In this document: piece after piece, positions 19,800 to 30,049 of the stretch | Layout of the letters: each line of letters starts with the position of its first letter | Position numbering within the stretch: position 1 is the first letter of the stretch | Source of the DNA: Polyangia bacterium | Lineage (GTDB): Bacteria > Myxococcota_A > Polyangia > JAAYKL01 | DNA length: 64,000 nucleotides | Assembly: GCA_050287845.1 (NCBI GenBank) | Contig: JBNKCR010000071.1 | Span: forward strand, 20,926-84,925 | Reading direction: 5' to 3' | Position numbers and translations under genes: made by a program | Notes under the pieces: generated by a model | What the model was told of the DNA's origin: nothing | Databases searched by the model: none | The model's input: the letters and a program-made list of their open reading frames with translations, nothing else

Positions 19800-20435
19800 A
19801 TGAACGAAAGAAAAAGAGATACCAGTAAAAAACGGGAGGCCATCCTGGATGCCGCACAGCAGGCGTTTATCGACGAAGGATATGAGAATGCCAGCATGGA
19901 TCGCATCGCGGAACTGGCCAGCGCCTCCAAAAGAACGGTGTACAACCATTTTTCGAGCAAAGAGGCGTTGTTCCAGTCGGTAATAAAACGGCTGTTCCAG
20001 GAGGCGTATGCGCTGAAGCAAATTATTTATCACTCCGATGATTCCCTCGAAGCCCAGCTGGGTGCGTTCGCCGATGCCAAACTGAAGTTCACCCGGAACG
20101 CAGCGTGGATGGGGATGATGAAGGTGACGGCCGGTGTGTTTTCCTCTCATCCGGAACTGGCCCGCAAGGCGGTGCGCCATGCGGAGGACGAATCCGATAC
20201 GCTGGCCAGCTGGCTGACCGAAGCCACCGGAGACGGTCGAATGAATGTTCCGGATGCCGCGGAGGCGGCCACCATTTTCTGGTCCATGGTGAGCGGTGCC
20301 TTTTTCTGGCCCGCCATTTTTCATTGCGCCATGCCCGGGGAGCAGGTTGTCCGATTAAAAAATGAGATGATTGATATGTTTCTGCGAAAGTATGGAACTG
20401 AAAAAGGAACCGGAGCGGGCAACGATCGGCAGTAA
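19800..20435 (+). CDS. TetR/AcrR family regulator
   Basis: KREAILDAA...GYENASMDRIAELASASKRTVYNHFSSKEALF HTH. Confidence 0.93.
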   Translation: MNERKRDTSKKREAILDAAQQAFIDEGYENASMDRIAELASASKRTVYNHFSSKEALFQSVIKRLFQEAYALKQIIYHSDDSLEAQLGAFADAKLKFTRNAAWMGMMKVTAGVFSSHPELARKAVRHAEDESDTLASWLTEATGDGRMNVPDAAEAATIFWSMVSGAFFWPAIFHCAMPGEQVVRLKNEMIDMFLRKYGTEKGTGAGNDRQ

Positions 20436-20449
20436 AAAATACCGTCGGC

Positions 20450-21235
20450 TTACTCGTTCATTTTTTTCCGGCACGCATTCAGGCCTTTCCGGGCGGCATC
20501 TGCTTCCGGAGAGCCCGGGGAAAGTTCAATGACCGATTCAAACTGTTTGGCCGCCTCTGCAAATTCTCCTTTGCGAGCCAGCGCGTTGCCAAGCAGCAAC
20601 GCCACTTTGGGCAATGATGGATTCAATTCCAGTGCGTTTCTGTAGAGCTCAATGGCGGCGTCCTGATTTCCGGCATCTTTTTCGAGCTTCGCAAGGGCGA
20701 TGATGGGATCGGGGTCTTCGGTATCGAGAGACGCGCACTTCCCGTAATGGGCTCTTGCGCCATCAATATCACCGGAAGCGGCCAGCGCCATAGCCAGATT
20801 GTAGTGCACATCCGCGGCATCGGGTTCTGCAGTCGCCACGGTTTTGAATTCCGCGATCGCTTCTGGCAGTTTTCCCTGCTGATAATAGACAAGCCCCAGG
20901 TTGAGCCGCGCGTTGGTCAGGCCGGGATCGAGTTCCAGCGCCTTCTGATACTCTGCCAGCGCCATTTCGAGATCTCCCAGATTATCTTTGGAAAGCCCGA
21001 AATAGTAGTGCAGCGTCGGGTCGTTGGGCGTCTGATTGAGCAGATTGGCAAATATATCGGCGGCGGTGCGGTAGTCTCCTGCTTCAATGGCCTGCTCGCC
21101 GTCCCGGATGGAGGTTGGGGTCACTTCGGAAAGGCCGGGTTGAGACGGCTGCGCCCCTCCGCAGGAGCTGACAGATACAACACCGCACAGGCTGCACACT
21201 GTCAGGGCTGTCATGGTCCAATGGTTTCGTTTCAT
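20450..21235 (-). CDS. Tetratricopeptide-repeat lipoprotein
   Basis: Signal peptide ending SSC. Repeated TPR units (YQKALELDP, ARLNLG, VHYNLA, ALELNP). Confidence 0.85.
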   Translation of the reverse strand: MKRNHWTMTALTVCSLCGVVSVSSCGGAQPSQPGLSEVTPTSIRDGEQAIEAGDYRTAADIFANLLNQTPNDPTLHYYFGLSKDNLGDLEMALAEYQKALELDPGLTNARLNLGLVYYQQGKLPEAIAEFKTVATAEPDAADVHYNLAMALAASGDIDGARAHYGKCASLDTEDPDPIIALAKLEKDAGNQDAAIELYRNALELNPSLPKVALLLGNALARKGEFAEAAKQFESVIELSPGSPEADAARKGLNACRKKMNE

Positions 21236-21439
21236 TCGTTATACTCCTTCCAGGAACGGGATAGTTTTCGGTGGGAGTATCCTACCATGCAGCTTCAATT
21301 TATGAAGAGTCAAATTGTCGAATCGGCAATTTCCCGGGATGCACAATGACAATTTGTCATAGTTGTGGAATTCCACGCTGAAAAAATTGAGTTATCGGGC
21401 CATATACAATTGGTTTGTTTCTTGCTAAAGCACAGCAAC

Positions 21440-22696
21440 ATGATGAAACACGTATATTTGAATCTGCTATTTATTTGTTCCGTCCTGACGGTGCTGCCCG
21501 GAGCCGGATTCGCCCAGGACACGGATTCGGACAATGGAACAACTGCGTCCATAACGGATTGGGTGGAAATCGAGATGGATTTGCGCGACCGGAATACGTT
21601 GGAATTGGAGCCGTTTTACGATGACGAAGACAACGTGTTCCTGAAGTTCAGTCAGCAGGATTGTTACGACAACATTCAGCTGACGTTCAATTTCACCATC
21701 AGTGATGACAACCTGCTGGATCGCGGAGATGTGCACCTGTTCCGGGGCGAGGACTGCGATAATGATTCCAACTTCGATGATTGCGTTCTGGTGGCGAGCG
21801 AGACGCCTTCCAGTGGATATGTCAGTATCAGCAATATCGCACTTCGGGAAATTTTCGATGATGTGAATTGCAGTGCCACCGGTGTGGAACCACGGGACCT
21901 GTGGGTTGCAATTCTGGACAATACGGCGACGCTGAACGAGGACGACGGCGATCGAATCAAGTCGATTGGCACCGCAACCATCGATTTTGAAGGACCGGCG
22001 GTGACGACCAATATTCGCAACTGGCTGGTGGGCAACAACAATGTCGAAGTTCAGTTCAACACGGTGAACAGCGCCACCGTAAAAGGGTATGCCGCTTTCT
22101 ATGCGCAGACAACAGCCTCGGACTGTGCGGATGGACCGTTCGCAGCCGGACAGTTCCCGGTTGCCGCAACGGATACCCATGCAGAAATATCCGGTTCGGA
22201 TGATGAGAACAGTATTAAAATTTCCGGGTTGGAAAATGATGCATATTATCAGGTGGCAGTGGTGACGCTGGACGTGTATGGAAATCCATCCGCTTTGTCC
22301 GCTCCAATCTGCGCCGCGCCACAGGATAGCATCGGCATTGGGGATGCCGTGGAGACCGATGGGGAGTTCTGTTTCATCGCTACTGCTGCGTTTGATTCCT
22401 ACGACCATCCCACAGTGCGGGTGCTTCGGGTATTTCGGGACAGTTTTTTAAGGAAAATGCCCGCAGGAAACGCCATAATTGCAGCGTATTATGCAGTTGG
22501 GCCCGGTCTTGCCGGGTTGATTCAGGATGACGGTGCGGCCAAAGAAATGGTAAGAAGCAGCCTTGGGCTTTTTGCGGAGCTGACAAAGGGGCTGGTGCTT
22601 GTTGGCCCGGTGTGGGTATTGTTCGGACTCTTTGGCGCCATGCTGCTGGGATTGGTACTGGGGTTGGCAGCGCCCGTTCGAAGGAGAAGCAGATGA
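21440..22696 (+). CDS. Secreted Cys-rich/FN3-like protein with CFI-box-CTERM and C-terminal TM anchor
   Basis: Signal peptide AGFA|QD, FN3-like ISGLENDAYYQVAVVTLDVYGNPS, FCFIATAAF...LRVFRD...YYAVGP motif, hydrophobic helix followed by an RRR tail. Confidence 0.75.
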   Translation: MMKHVYLNLLFICSVLTVLPGAGFAQDTDSDNGTTASITDWVEIEMDLRDRNTLELEPFYDDEDNVFLKFSQQDCYDNIQLTFNFTISDDNLLDRGDVHLFRGEDCDNDSNFDDCVLVASETPSSGYVSISNIALREIFDDVNCSATGVEPRDLWVAILDNTATLNEDDGDRIKSIGTATIDFEGPAVTTNIRNWLVGNNNVEVQFNTVNSATVKGYAAFYAQTTASDCADGPFAAGQFPVAATDTHAEISGSDDENSIKISGLENDAYYQVAVVTLDVYGNPSALSAPICAAPQDSIGIGDAVETDGEFCFIATAAFDSYDHPTVRVLRVFRDSFLRKMPAGNAIIAAYYAVGPGLAGLIQDDGAAKEMVRSSLGLFAELTKGLVLVGPVWVLFGLFGAMLLGLVLGLAAPVRRRSR

Positions 22697-23436
22697 ATCG
22701 GATTGCTGGACTTGGAGTGTTTGCGACGATGGCGGTATTGCTGGTGTTGCCCATGCAGGCCCGGGCATATATGCCTTCGCCGAGACACGGTGCCCTGGAG
22801 TTGAAATTTGGCCCTCATCGGCCCCATGGCGATGCCTTCAGGGTAAATGACACGCGCTATGACTATACGAATTTTTTCGGAGAAAACGAGAGCATGTTTC
22901 GGGCAGAACTCGAAATCGACTGGCAGTTTGCCCGCATTGACGAGGTGATGAGTTTCGGCATCGGCGGTGGCATGGGATTCATGCGGGAGGAAGCGCGTGG
23001 TTTCGTGGAAACACCGGGAACCAATGAGCTGCAGCGATCGTCCGATAAAACCTCGTTGAACGTGATACCGTTCTCACTGCTGGCGGTCATCCGCCTGGAC
23101 GTGTTGTCGGAGAAGCTGCGCATTCCGTTTGCGCCATATTTCAAGGCCGGGTTGAACTGGTATGTGTGGTGGACAAAAACAGGGGGGGAAAAGGACAATT
23201 CCGGCGGGACAATCGGTTGGCAGGTGAATCCCGGCCTGGCGTTTCTTCTGGACTGGATTGACGAAACCACGGCACGCACTTTTGACAATGAAGTGGGCGT
23301 GAACAACAGCTATTTTTTTGTGGAACTGCTGTATGCCAGAGTGGATGGCTTTGGTGACAACGGTAAACTGGATCTGACTCCCAACAACATCGGCGACAGC
23401 GCGACGTGGATGGCCGGATTATGCCTCGAATTCTAG
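22693..23436 (+). CDS. Outer-membrane beta-barrel protein (MXAN_2562-like)
   Basis: Signal peptide, SPRHGALELKFGP, alternating amphipathic strands, FDNEVGVNNSY motif, terminal Phe (GLCLEF). ATGA overlap with the upstream gene. Confidence 0.72.
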   Translation: MNRIAGLGVFATMAVLLVLPMQARAYMPSPRHGALELKFGPHRPHGDAFRVNDTRYDYTNFFGENESMFRAELEIDWQFARIDEVMSFGIGGGMGFMREEARGFVETPGTNELQRSSDKTSLNVIPFSLLAVIRLDVLSEKLRIPFAPYFKAGLNWYVWWTKTGGEKDNSGGTIGWQVNPGLAFLLDWIDETTARTFDNEVGVNNSYFFVELLYARVDGFGDNGKLDLTPNNIGDSATWMAGLCLEF

Positions 23437-23446
23437 AGCCAGTGCC

Positions 23447-24217
23447 ATGCCCACCTATAAACTGACCATTGAATATGACGGAACGCCATATCGCGGATGG
23501 CAGGCCCACGAAGATATTGTGAGCATCCAGGGCACACTGTGCGATGCCCTGCGGATTTCTCTGCGAAAAGATGTTGCATTGCAGGGCGCTTCCCGAACCG
23601 ATGCGGGAGTGCACGCGGTGGGCCAGGTAGCCAGCCTGAAACTGGACGAACCGGTGGATGAGCATCGTCTTGCCCGGTCGCTCAGCGCCCTGTGCAAACC
23701 GCATATTGCGGTGACTCGGGTGGAGCGGGTCGACGACGAATTCAACGCGCGATTCTCCGCCCGGGGGAAACACTACGTGTATCGGATATTGAATCGAAGC
23801 GCACCATCTCCGTTAATGCAGCATATCTGCTGGCATGTGGCGGCGCCCCTGGATTTGCCACGGATGCGACAGGCGGCAGCGACGCTGGTTGGCACCCATG
23901 ATTTTAACGCATTTCGCGCCAGCGATTGCCAGCGGGATAATACCAAACGCACCGTGACCACGGTGGATGTTGTGGAAAATAGTCCAATTGTGGAAATTCA
24001 CGTGCGGGGGACGGCATTTTTAAAAAATATGGTTCGTATCATTGCCGGCACCCTGGTGGATATTGCCCGGGGCGCAATACCACCTGACACCGTAGAAAGG
24101 ATGCTGGAAACCGGGGACCGCACCATAGGCGGACGTACTGCACCAGCCTGTGGCCTGACTCTGGTGGAAGTGTTTTTTGACGAGACGAAACTGACCGCAA
24201 CTCCCCGGAAGGGGTGA
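23447..24217 (+). CDS. truA: tRNA pseudouridine(38-40) synthase
   Basis: YDGTPYRGWQ, ASRTDAGVHA, FNARFSA, GTHDFNAF, FLKNMVR, TAPACGL. Confidence 0.95.
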   Translation: MPTYKLTIEYDGTPYRGWQAHEDIVSIQGTLCDALRISLRKDVALQGASRTDAGVHAVGQVASLKLDEPVDEHRLARSLSALCKPHIAVTRVERVDDEFNARFSARGKHYVYRILNRSAPSPLMQHICWHVAAPLDLPRMRQAAATLVGTHDFNAFRASDCQRDNTKRTVTTVDVVENSPIVEIHVRGTAFLKNMVRIIAGTLVDIARGAIPPDTVERMLETGDRTIGGRTAPACGLTLVEVFFDETKLTATPRKG

Positions 24218-24258
24218 CCCCGGCAACACGGTATGTCGGCCAATCCGGTTCAGCTGGG

Positions 24259-24564
24259 TCAGAAGTCCCAGACTCTCAGAAAATTGATGAACATCTGGCG
24301 ATCGGTGTCATCCCATGCGGACATGGCAGACAACAGGTCAAAATGTTCTTCAGTTTCGTAGCCGGCCAGCTTCAGCATCAGCAATCCGGTTTGAAAGGTT
24401 GCAATATCATTGCTCCTGGAAATCCATTCGTACAGGGCTTCCGGCTCAAACGGGTTGATGCCGTGGGCATTCGCCAGCGGCGTGAACCGCCTGGCCAGAG
24501 AAGATAGCCGCTTCTCAAGAGGAAGGTCTTTTCGTTCGTATGCTCTGATAGGTACGCTTGGCAT
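24259..24564 (-). CDS. Hypothetical protein (101 aa)
   Basis: Co-oriented 14 nt downstream of the previous gene, with globular composition. No known motif. Confidence 0.6.
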   Translation of the reverse strand: MPSVPIRAYERKDLPLEKRLSSLARRFTPLANAHGINPFEPEALYEWISRSNDIATFQTGLLMLKLAGYETEEHFDLLSAMSAWDDTDRQMFINFLRVWDF

Positions 24565-24578
24565 AATAGGGTTCCATT

Positions 24579-25472
24579 TTATGGCTGAGTGTCGTTTCTC
24601 ATTTTCAGAAGCTGGAGTTCCTTTCTGGTGCGATCCAGCTCGGTTTCCAGACGTTCTTTTTCAAACTGTGTTTTTTCCAGTGTTGCCTGCAGCTTATTCG
24701 AATCGCCGCCGGCAACCAGTGGGCTTTTCATCCCCATGGCCATGGTCTTGAATCTGGATCCTCCCGGGGAGGCATCAGCGCCACCGGAATCGGAAGAAAT
24801 TTGAATCGCGGCCAGCTTTTTGACCTGTTCCAGCTCCTTTTTGATTTTTTCAAGCTCCATGCTGACCTGAGCGCGGGAGGTCTGCACCTGCTCCAAATCT
24901 TCCCGCACTCGCTGATGGGCCACTTTTTCCATGTCCAGCTCCGCCTGCAATTCATCGAGCGCTTCACTTTCTGAATGCGGAATGGACTGCCGCTTCAACG
25001 GTTTGGGCAGCGTGGTGGGCTTCTCCATTGGGCGACTCTGGGTCAGTTTTTCCTTTGCGGTCTCCAGTTCCTCTTTCACGCCATCCAAATCAAAAAGCAC
25101 CTTATCCCGTTCTCCTTCGAGCTGAACGATTTGGGAATTCAATCGGGCGATTTCCGCATCTTTGTCATCATCTTTGTCATCATTTTTGTCATCCCGGGCC
25201 GCATTGGGAGCCGGCGTGGTTTTTTTGGGCGCTGATTTTTTGGGGGGGCCGGGGGGAGATGCCGCACCGACCCTGGCTTCCTTGAGTTGAGTCTGCAGCG
25301 CGCGACAATTTTTCTGCGCCGATTCCAATTGCTTCTGCAACGAGTATAAATCCAGATTGGAGTCCGATATGGTTTTCCCGGCAATGGCCTGTCCCGAATA
25401 GTATCCCGACAGCCAGAGCAGGACGGTTCCCATCAGCACGCCGCCGGCCACCGCGATAAACAGATACATCAT
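24579..25472 (-). CDS. Membrane-anchored coiled-coil protein
   Basis: N-terminal TM helix and several heptad-rich segments separated by Pro/Lys/Asp linkers. Overlaps the upstream stop. Confidence 0.7.
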   Translation of the reverse strand: MMYLFIAVAGGVLMGTVLLWLSGYYSGQAIAGKTISDSNLDLYSLQKQLESAQKNCRALQTQLKEARVGAASPPGPPKKSAPKKTTPAPNAARDDKNDDKDDDKDAEIARLNSQIVQLEGERDKVLFDLDGVKEELETAKEKLTQSRPMEKPTTLPKPLKRQSIPHSESEALDELQAELDMEKVAHQRVREDLEQVQTSRAQVSMELEKIKKELEQVKKLAAIQISSDSGGADASPGGSRFKTMAMGMKSPLVAGGDSNKLQATLEKTQFEKERLETELDRTRKELQLLKMRNDTQP

Positions 25473-26125
25473 TGGGCACCTCCCGCGGAAATGATCCGCA
25501 CCCTGATGCCTCTGATGTCAGGTTGTTGTTCCACGGCAGTTTCAGTTCGTTCAGCGACAGCGCCTGATTCCTTGAGTATCAGTGCCTGGATTCGGTTGGC
25601 CCCAATCTGTGCCAGTTTACTTGTTTTATTGATGTTATTGATGCCAACAATTTTCAGGTGCATCCCCGGAGTCGTTTTCATTTTTTCGATAATGGCCTGA
25701 AGTGTGGTTTTCGAAGCGGCATCCGGTTCATATCTATCGGCCAGTACCAGCACCCAGGGACCTGCGCCTTCGATCGCTGATTTGGGCGCCTCTGTGCCAG
25801 GCGTAGTACTCTCGGGTGCTTCGGCCCCGACACTGCCAGACTGCGCTTCGTCATTTGCCCCATCGTCCGCACCGCTTTCGGCCGGGACTGTGTCGGGGGG
25901 CAGAACACCGGCAGATTTCGCTATGTTGGATTTCTTTGCTGCAGGAATATCCGGCCTGGAGGCAGTTGTATCTGAAGCACTGACCGCAGGCTCATGGAGA
26001 CGCAGGCTTTTTATCTTCTGGTCCACGAGTTTCGGAATCAGTACAAGGGCGCCGCCAATCAGTGTAAACCCGATGATTGCCAGTATAATTCCCAGATTCG
26101 TCTGTTTTTTTGTTCGATCGATCAT
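25469..26125 (-). CDS. Membrane-anchored protein with degenerate OmpA-like C-terminal domain
   Basis: TM helix, Pro/Ala/Ser linker, then LQAIIEKMKTTPGMHLKIVG...LAQIGANRIQALI...RVRI, resembling OmpA_C topology. Confidence 0.5.
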   Translation of the reverse strand: MIDRTKKQTNLGIILAIIGFTLIGGALVLIPKLVDQKIKSLRLHEPAVSASDTTASRPDIPAAKKSNIAKSAGVLPPDTVPAESGADDGANDEAQSGSVGAEAPESTTPGTEAPKSAIEGAGPWVLVLADRYEPDAASKTTLQAIIEKMKTTPGMHLKIVGINNINKTSKLAQIGANRIQALILKESGAVAERTETAVEQQPDIRGIRVRIISAGGAQ

Positions 26126-26190
26126 AACGTGATGGTTTGACTGCTTTCCTCATTCCCGGGATGCATCATGATGTCCCGGAGGTGTTGATG

Positions 26191-27486
26191 TCAATTTCCT
26201 TCGTGAAGTGGATACACCACTTCTGTCACTTTTGGATACCTGGAGATTATGGCACGAAATTCGTTTTGACTCAATTTGAGTACCACAGTATTTTCCATTG
26301 CCTGCAACGAGGGTCGGGCAGAAGCGTTTTGGCACCATTTTTCGAGGTCAATCCAGTCTCCTCTTCCAAATACGTTCACGTTGTCCGCCGGAGAAGCATC
26401 GAGGGAAAGAGCGGGCGTGGGGCGGCTCAGGATTTCGCCTGAAAACACAAAAAGGCAGCCTTTGTGTCCGTTGGGATTGTTGATGGCGTTGAAATATGAA
26501 CAGATGGTGGCGCCATCCGGAAAAACCGGACTTCCCGCTTCAGAAACGACAGGCGTCATTCCTTTCAGCATCGCGCTCCGCTCCGCCAGCGGCAATGCGG
26601 CGAGCAGCGGGTTTTCCCTGAGAAGAAGGGTGAGAATTTTTCGTTGATAATATCGGGCCAGAAATCGGGCGGCGCCGGATTCCCGCTCGCAGATTTCCAG
26701 AAGCACCGGTACGGGCAGCTCAAGCAGTGTACATGGTTCAGTGGCGACAATATCGGCGGATTCAGGGTTGCCGGTGACTATCGACTCTTCGCCAAGCAAA
26801 TCATTTTCCGAATGTGAATGGCGGACCCGTCGGCCCAATCCGACTTCCAACTGGCAGTGGGCTTTCCCATATATAATGAAATATATTACTGTACTTTGTT
26901 GACCGGCGGGAAGAATCACCTGTCCGGAATTTATCTGACGCACCCGGGACGCATGCGTGAGTTGAATGAACGACGTTGGACTCAACGATGAAAACAGGGG
27001 CATTTCACAGCTTCCGGGGTATTGCTGGAGGGTCTCCAGGGAATTTGCCCAGCAGAGGGCGCTCAGACTTTCGGCCATCTGAATAACTTCCGCATCGGTC
27101 AGTTGCGCGTTCCAGGGAGTGATTTCGCCCCCGGCAAATGTTCCAGCTGGAGGTCTGAATTCCCCTTCTTCGGCAAGACTGTATCGGTCCGCAAGTTCGC
27201 CCATCAGGCGTTCCCGTACTTCGCCGGGCAAAAGGGTCTCATGGAAGGCCAGCAGTGCCTGAAGCGGGAAGAGTCCGCGAACCAGCGCCAACGACGCGTT
27301 TTCCAGGTTCTTCAGGGCAGCTTCACCCGGCTTCAGATGAGCAGCCGCCACAGCCACCTGGTACCAGGCGGGAAAGTTGCCGGGCTGGTGTTCGAGAATG
27401 GGTCCGGCAATTTTAAGCGCATCAGAATATCGCCCCCCATTGAGGTGGGCCTGAGTTCTGGCGTATCTGCAGTATTCTGCCATCAA
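26191..27486 (-). CDS. Cyclic-nucleotide-binding domain protein with TPR-like N-terminus
   Basis: PLFSSLS...GQVIL..G...IYFIIYG...GEESI...SADIVATEPCTLLEL, plus a second degenerate cNMP domain. Confidence 0.7.
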   Translation of the reverse strand: MMAEYCRYARTQAHLNGGRYSDALKIAGPILEHQPGNFPAWYQVAVAAAHLKPGEAALKNLENASLALVRGLFPLQALLAFHETLLPGEVRERLMGELADRYSLAEEGEFRPPAGTFAGGEITPWNAQLTDAEVIQMAESLSALCWANSLETLQQYPGSCEMPLFSSLSPTSFIQLTHASRVRQINSGQVILPAGQQSTVIYFIIYGKAHCQLEVGLGRRVRHSHSENDLLGEESIVTGNPESADIVATEPCTLLELPVPVLLEICERESGAARFLARYYQRKILTLLLRENPLLAALPLAERSAMLKGMTPVVSEAGSPVFPDGATICSYFNAINNPNGHKGCLFVFSGEILSRPTPALSLDASPADNVNVFGRGDWIDLEKWCQNASARPSLQAMENTVVLKLSQNEFRAIISRYPKVTEVVYPLHEGN

Positions 27487-27669
27487 AACGAGTACCTTAT
27501 GTATATCTTGTCCGGGGACAAGGATCCATGCGCCCGTTTACAAACGCCAGGATCGGGATTGTTCTCAACATGTATTCTGAGTATATACCGCAGTTCCCCG
27601 TTGACCACATCGGCGCGCTGAATTGGCAGACATCGGGCCTCCGCCATTGGGGATGGCGTTTCAGAGAGG

Positions 27670-28713
27670 TCAGAATTTTTCGAGCAGTTTGCGCTGCGAC
27701 TCCGTGATTTGTCTTGGAAGAGTGACTTTTAATATGATGTGGAGATTGCCGCGGGTGGTGGTTCCGATGTGGGGCATCCCCTTGCCTTCAACGGTGATAA
27801 CATCTTCGGGCTGCACCCCCTGGGGCAGTTGAACTTCCACCGTTTCGTCCACCAGTGGCACATGGATGCTGCCGCCAAGAATGGCCTGAGTGAAGGAAAT
27901 GGTGGCTTCATAGTGGAGGTCATCCTGGTTGCGAACCAGTTCGGGATGGTCTTCGACTTTTATGAAAACGTACAAATCGCCGGGGTCGCCCACTTCGGGC
28001 TTCTCTCCCTCTCCGGCGAGGCGGAGTCTCATTCCATTGTCGACGCCGGCGGGAATCGACGCTGTTACGCTGCGGGTATACGGTTCTTTTCCGGTTCCGT
28101 CGCATTTCTGACAGGGGGAGGTAATAACGGTTCCTTTGCCACCACAGGCGGGACAGGGAGTCACCATGGTCATGAAGCCGGTCCGTTGCACCACCTGTCC
28201 GTGTCCCTGACAGGTGTCGCAGGTTTCGGGATAACTGCCCGGCGCAGATCCGGACCCGTCACAGACGGAACACGACTTGCGTTGCGTGAGCTCGATTTTC
28301 TTTCTGGCTCCCTGGTAGGCTTCTTCGAAAGTCACGCTCATCTGGACCTTCAAATCGGCTCCGCGAGGCGGCCTCGGAGGGCGGGTGGAACGGCGTCCAC
28401 CGAAGATGTCGCCACCGAAAAAATCGGAGAAGATGTCCCCGAAGTGTGAGAAAATATCATCCATCCCAGAAAAACCGGAGGATTGTCCGGACAACCCGGC
28501 ATGACCGTACCGGTCGTAAATTCTTCGCTTTTCATCGTTGCTCAGCACGTCGTAGGCTTCTGCAGCCTCCTTGAACTTCTCTTCCGCTTCTTTGTCTCCG
28601 GGGTTTTTATCTGGGTGGTATTTCAGCGCCAGGCGACGGTAAGCCTGTTTGATCTGTTTGGTATCTGCTGCTTTGTCTACTTCGAGGATTTCGTAATAAT
28701 CTCGTTTTTCCAT
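27670..28713 (-). CDS. dnaJ: Molecular chaperone DnaJ
   Basis: [11 protein letters not shown] motif, G/F region, four CxxCxGxG repeats, C-terminal domain. Confidence 0.95.
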   Translation of the reverse strand: MEKRDYYEILEVDKAADTKQIKQAYRRLALKYHPDKNPGDKEAEEKFKEAAEAYDVLSNDEKRRIYDRYGHAGLSGQSSGFSGMDDIFSHFGDIFSDFFGGDIFGGRRSTRPPRPPRGADLKVQMSVTFEEAYQGARKKIELTQRKSCSVCDGSGSAPGSYPETCDTCQGHGQVVQRTGFMTMVTPCPACGGKGTVITSPCQKCDGTGKEPYTRSVTASIPAGVDNGMRLRLAGEGEKPEVGDPGDLYVFIKVEDHPELVRNQDDLHYEATISFTQAILGGSIHVPLVDETVEVQLPQGVQPEDVITVEGKGMPHIGTTTRGNLHIILKVTLPRQITESQRKLLEKF

Positions 28714-29176
28714 TTTTTGTAGCATCCCGCAATTATCTGAGTAACTATGAAAACTAAAAAGTCAACGCACCGCCTCACGGCTGAACGACAGTACACCAAT
28801 CGTGACGCAAGTCAATTACGAGGGGAAAGTCCCGAAATTTTCCGCCATGGCCAACTGAGCTTTACTCCGACGCCCTTTGGCGGACAAGGAAAAAAAACAT
28901 TTGGGTAAGTTTTAGGAAACCCTCTTAAAAAGACAGGAAAATGAACATCCACGAGAAAACGGGGACTGCCGAAAACGACATAATACACGGCTGGACGCTG
29001 TGGCGCGTACCCATCAGAAAATATCACGGCGTATTTCATTTTCCCCATCAGTCATGTAAGAGAACACTCATCCGCATACGCACATATCGGTAACCCGGGA
29101 ATGTGCAGCGGGTTGAACTGCGACTGTTGCCGACAAATGAATGACCGGGAGACAATGTGCGGTCAGGAAAAACTTG

Positions 29177-30031
29177 ATGACAAATACCTGGACAATTAAA
29201 AGGGTTCTTGACTGGACCACCGAAGATTTCAGAAATCGGCAGATGCCATCCGCCCGACTGGAGGCAGAGCTGCTGCTGTGTCATATGCTGAATGTGGAGC
29301 GAATGTACCTGTACACCCACTTTGACCGCCCGCTCCAGGGCGGGGAACTGAGCCGTTTCAGGGAACTGGTGGCCCGGCGGCGAGGCGGTGAGTGCAATGC
29401 GCATATTACGGGGCACAGGGAATTCTGGTCTCTTGATTTTGAAGTGACCCGCGATGTGCTGGTGCCCAGACCCGATACGGAAACCCTTGTTGAGGCCGCT
29501 CTCGCAGCATGTGGTGGCGAGATGACCGTGCTGGATCTCTGTACCGGGTCGGCCTGTGTGGCCATCGCCCTTGCCGTTGAACGTACGGATATCACGGTTC
29601 ACGCCACAGACATCAGCCCGGCGGCATTGGCCGTGGCGAAACGGAACGTAGTACGTCACGGACTGGAAGCGCGCGTGGCGTTGTACGAGGGAGACTTGTT
29701 CGATGCTCTGCCTCCCCAAAGCAGATACGATGTCATCGTGTCCAATCCCCCGTATGTGCGGGCGACTGATTTTCCCCATCTGTCGGCAGAAGTGCGAAAC
29801 GAGCCGGAACTGGCGTTGGTGGGGGGCGGTGAAGACGGACTGGATATTGCGCGCCGGTTGCTGGGGCAGGTATCGGCGTACGCCAACCCCGATGCGCAGG
29901 TTTTCCTGGAGTTGGACGATGTTCAGACGGTGCATGTGGCCGACGTGCTCGGTCCGCAGATACTGGGACGAAGTGGGCAGGTGATTCAGGATTTGGCGGG
30001 CAGGAACAGAGTGGTATCGTTCAGACTGTGA
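29177..30031 (+). CDS. prmC: Release factor N5-glutamine methyltransferase
   Basis: WTIKRVLDW, ARLEAELLL, VLVPRPDTE, LDLCTGS, SNPPY. Confidence 0.93.
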   Translation: MTNTWTIKRVLDWTTEDFRNRQMPSARLEAELLLCHMLNVERMYLYTHFDRPLQGGELSRFRELVARRRGGECNAHITGHREFWSLDFEVTRDVLVPRPDTETLVEAALAACGGEMTVLDLCTGSACVAIALAVERTDITVHATDISPAALAVAKRNVVRHGLEARVALYEGDLFDALPPQSRYDVIVSNPPYVRATDFPHLSAEVRNEPELALVGGGEDGLDIARRLLGQVSAYANPDAQVFLELDDVQTVHVADVLGPQILGRSGQVIQDLAGRNRVVSFRL

Positions 30032-30049
30032 GGCCAGATGGGCCGATGC

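Noticed and set aside
28820..28833. GAGGGGAAAGTCCC resembling the RNase P RNA GAGGAAAGUCC motif
   Set aside because: The match is imperfect and I see no 3' partner motif (ACAGAA..CGGC) or other conserved RnpB helices.
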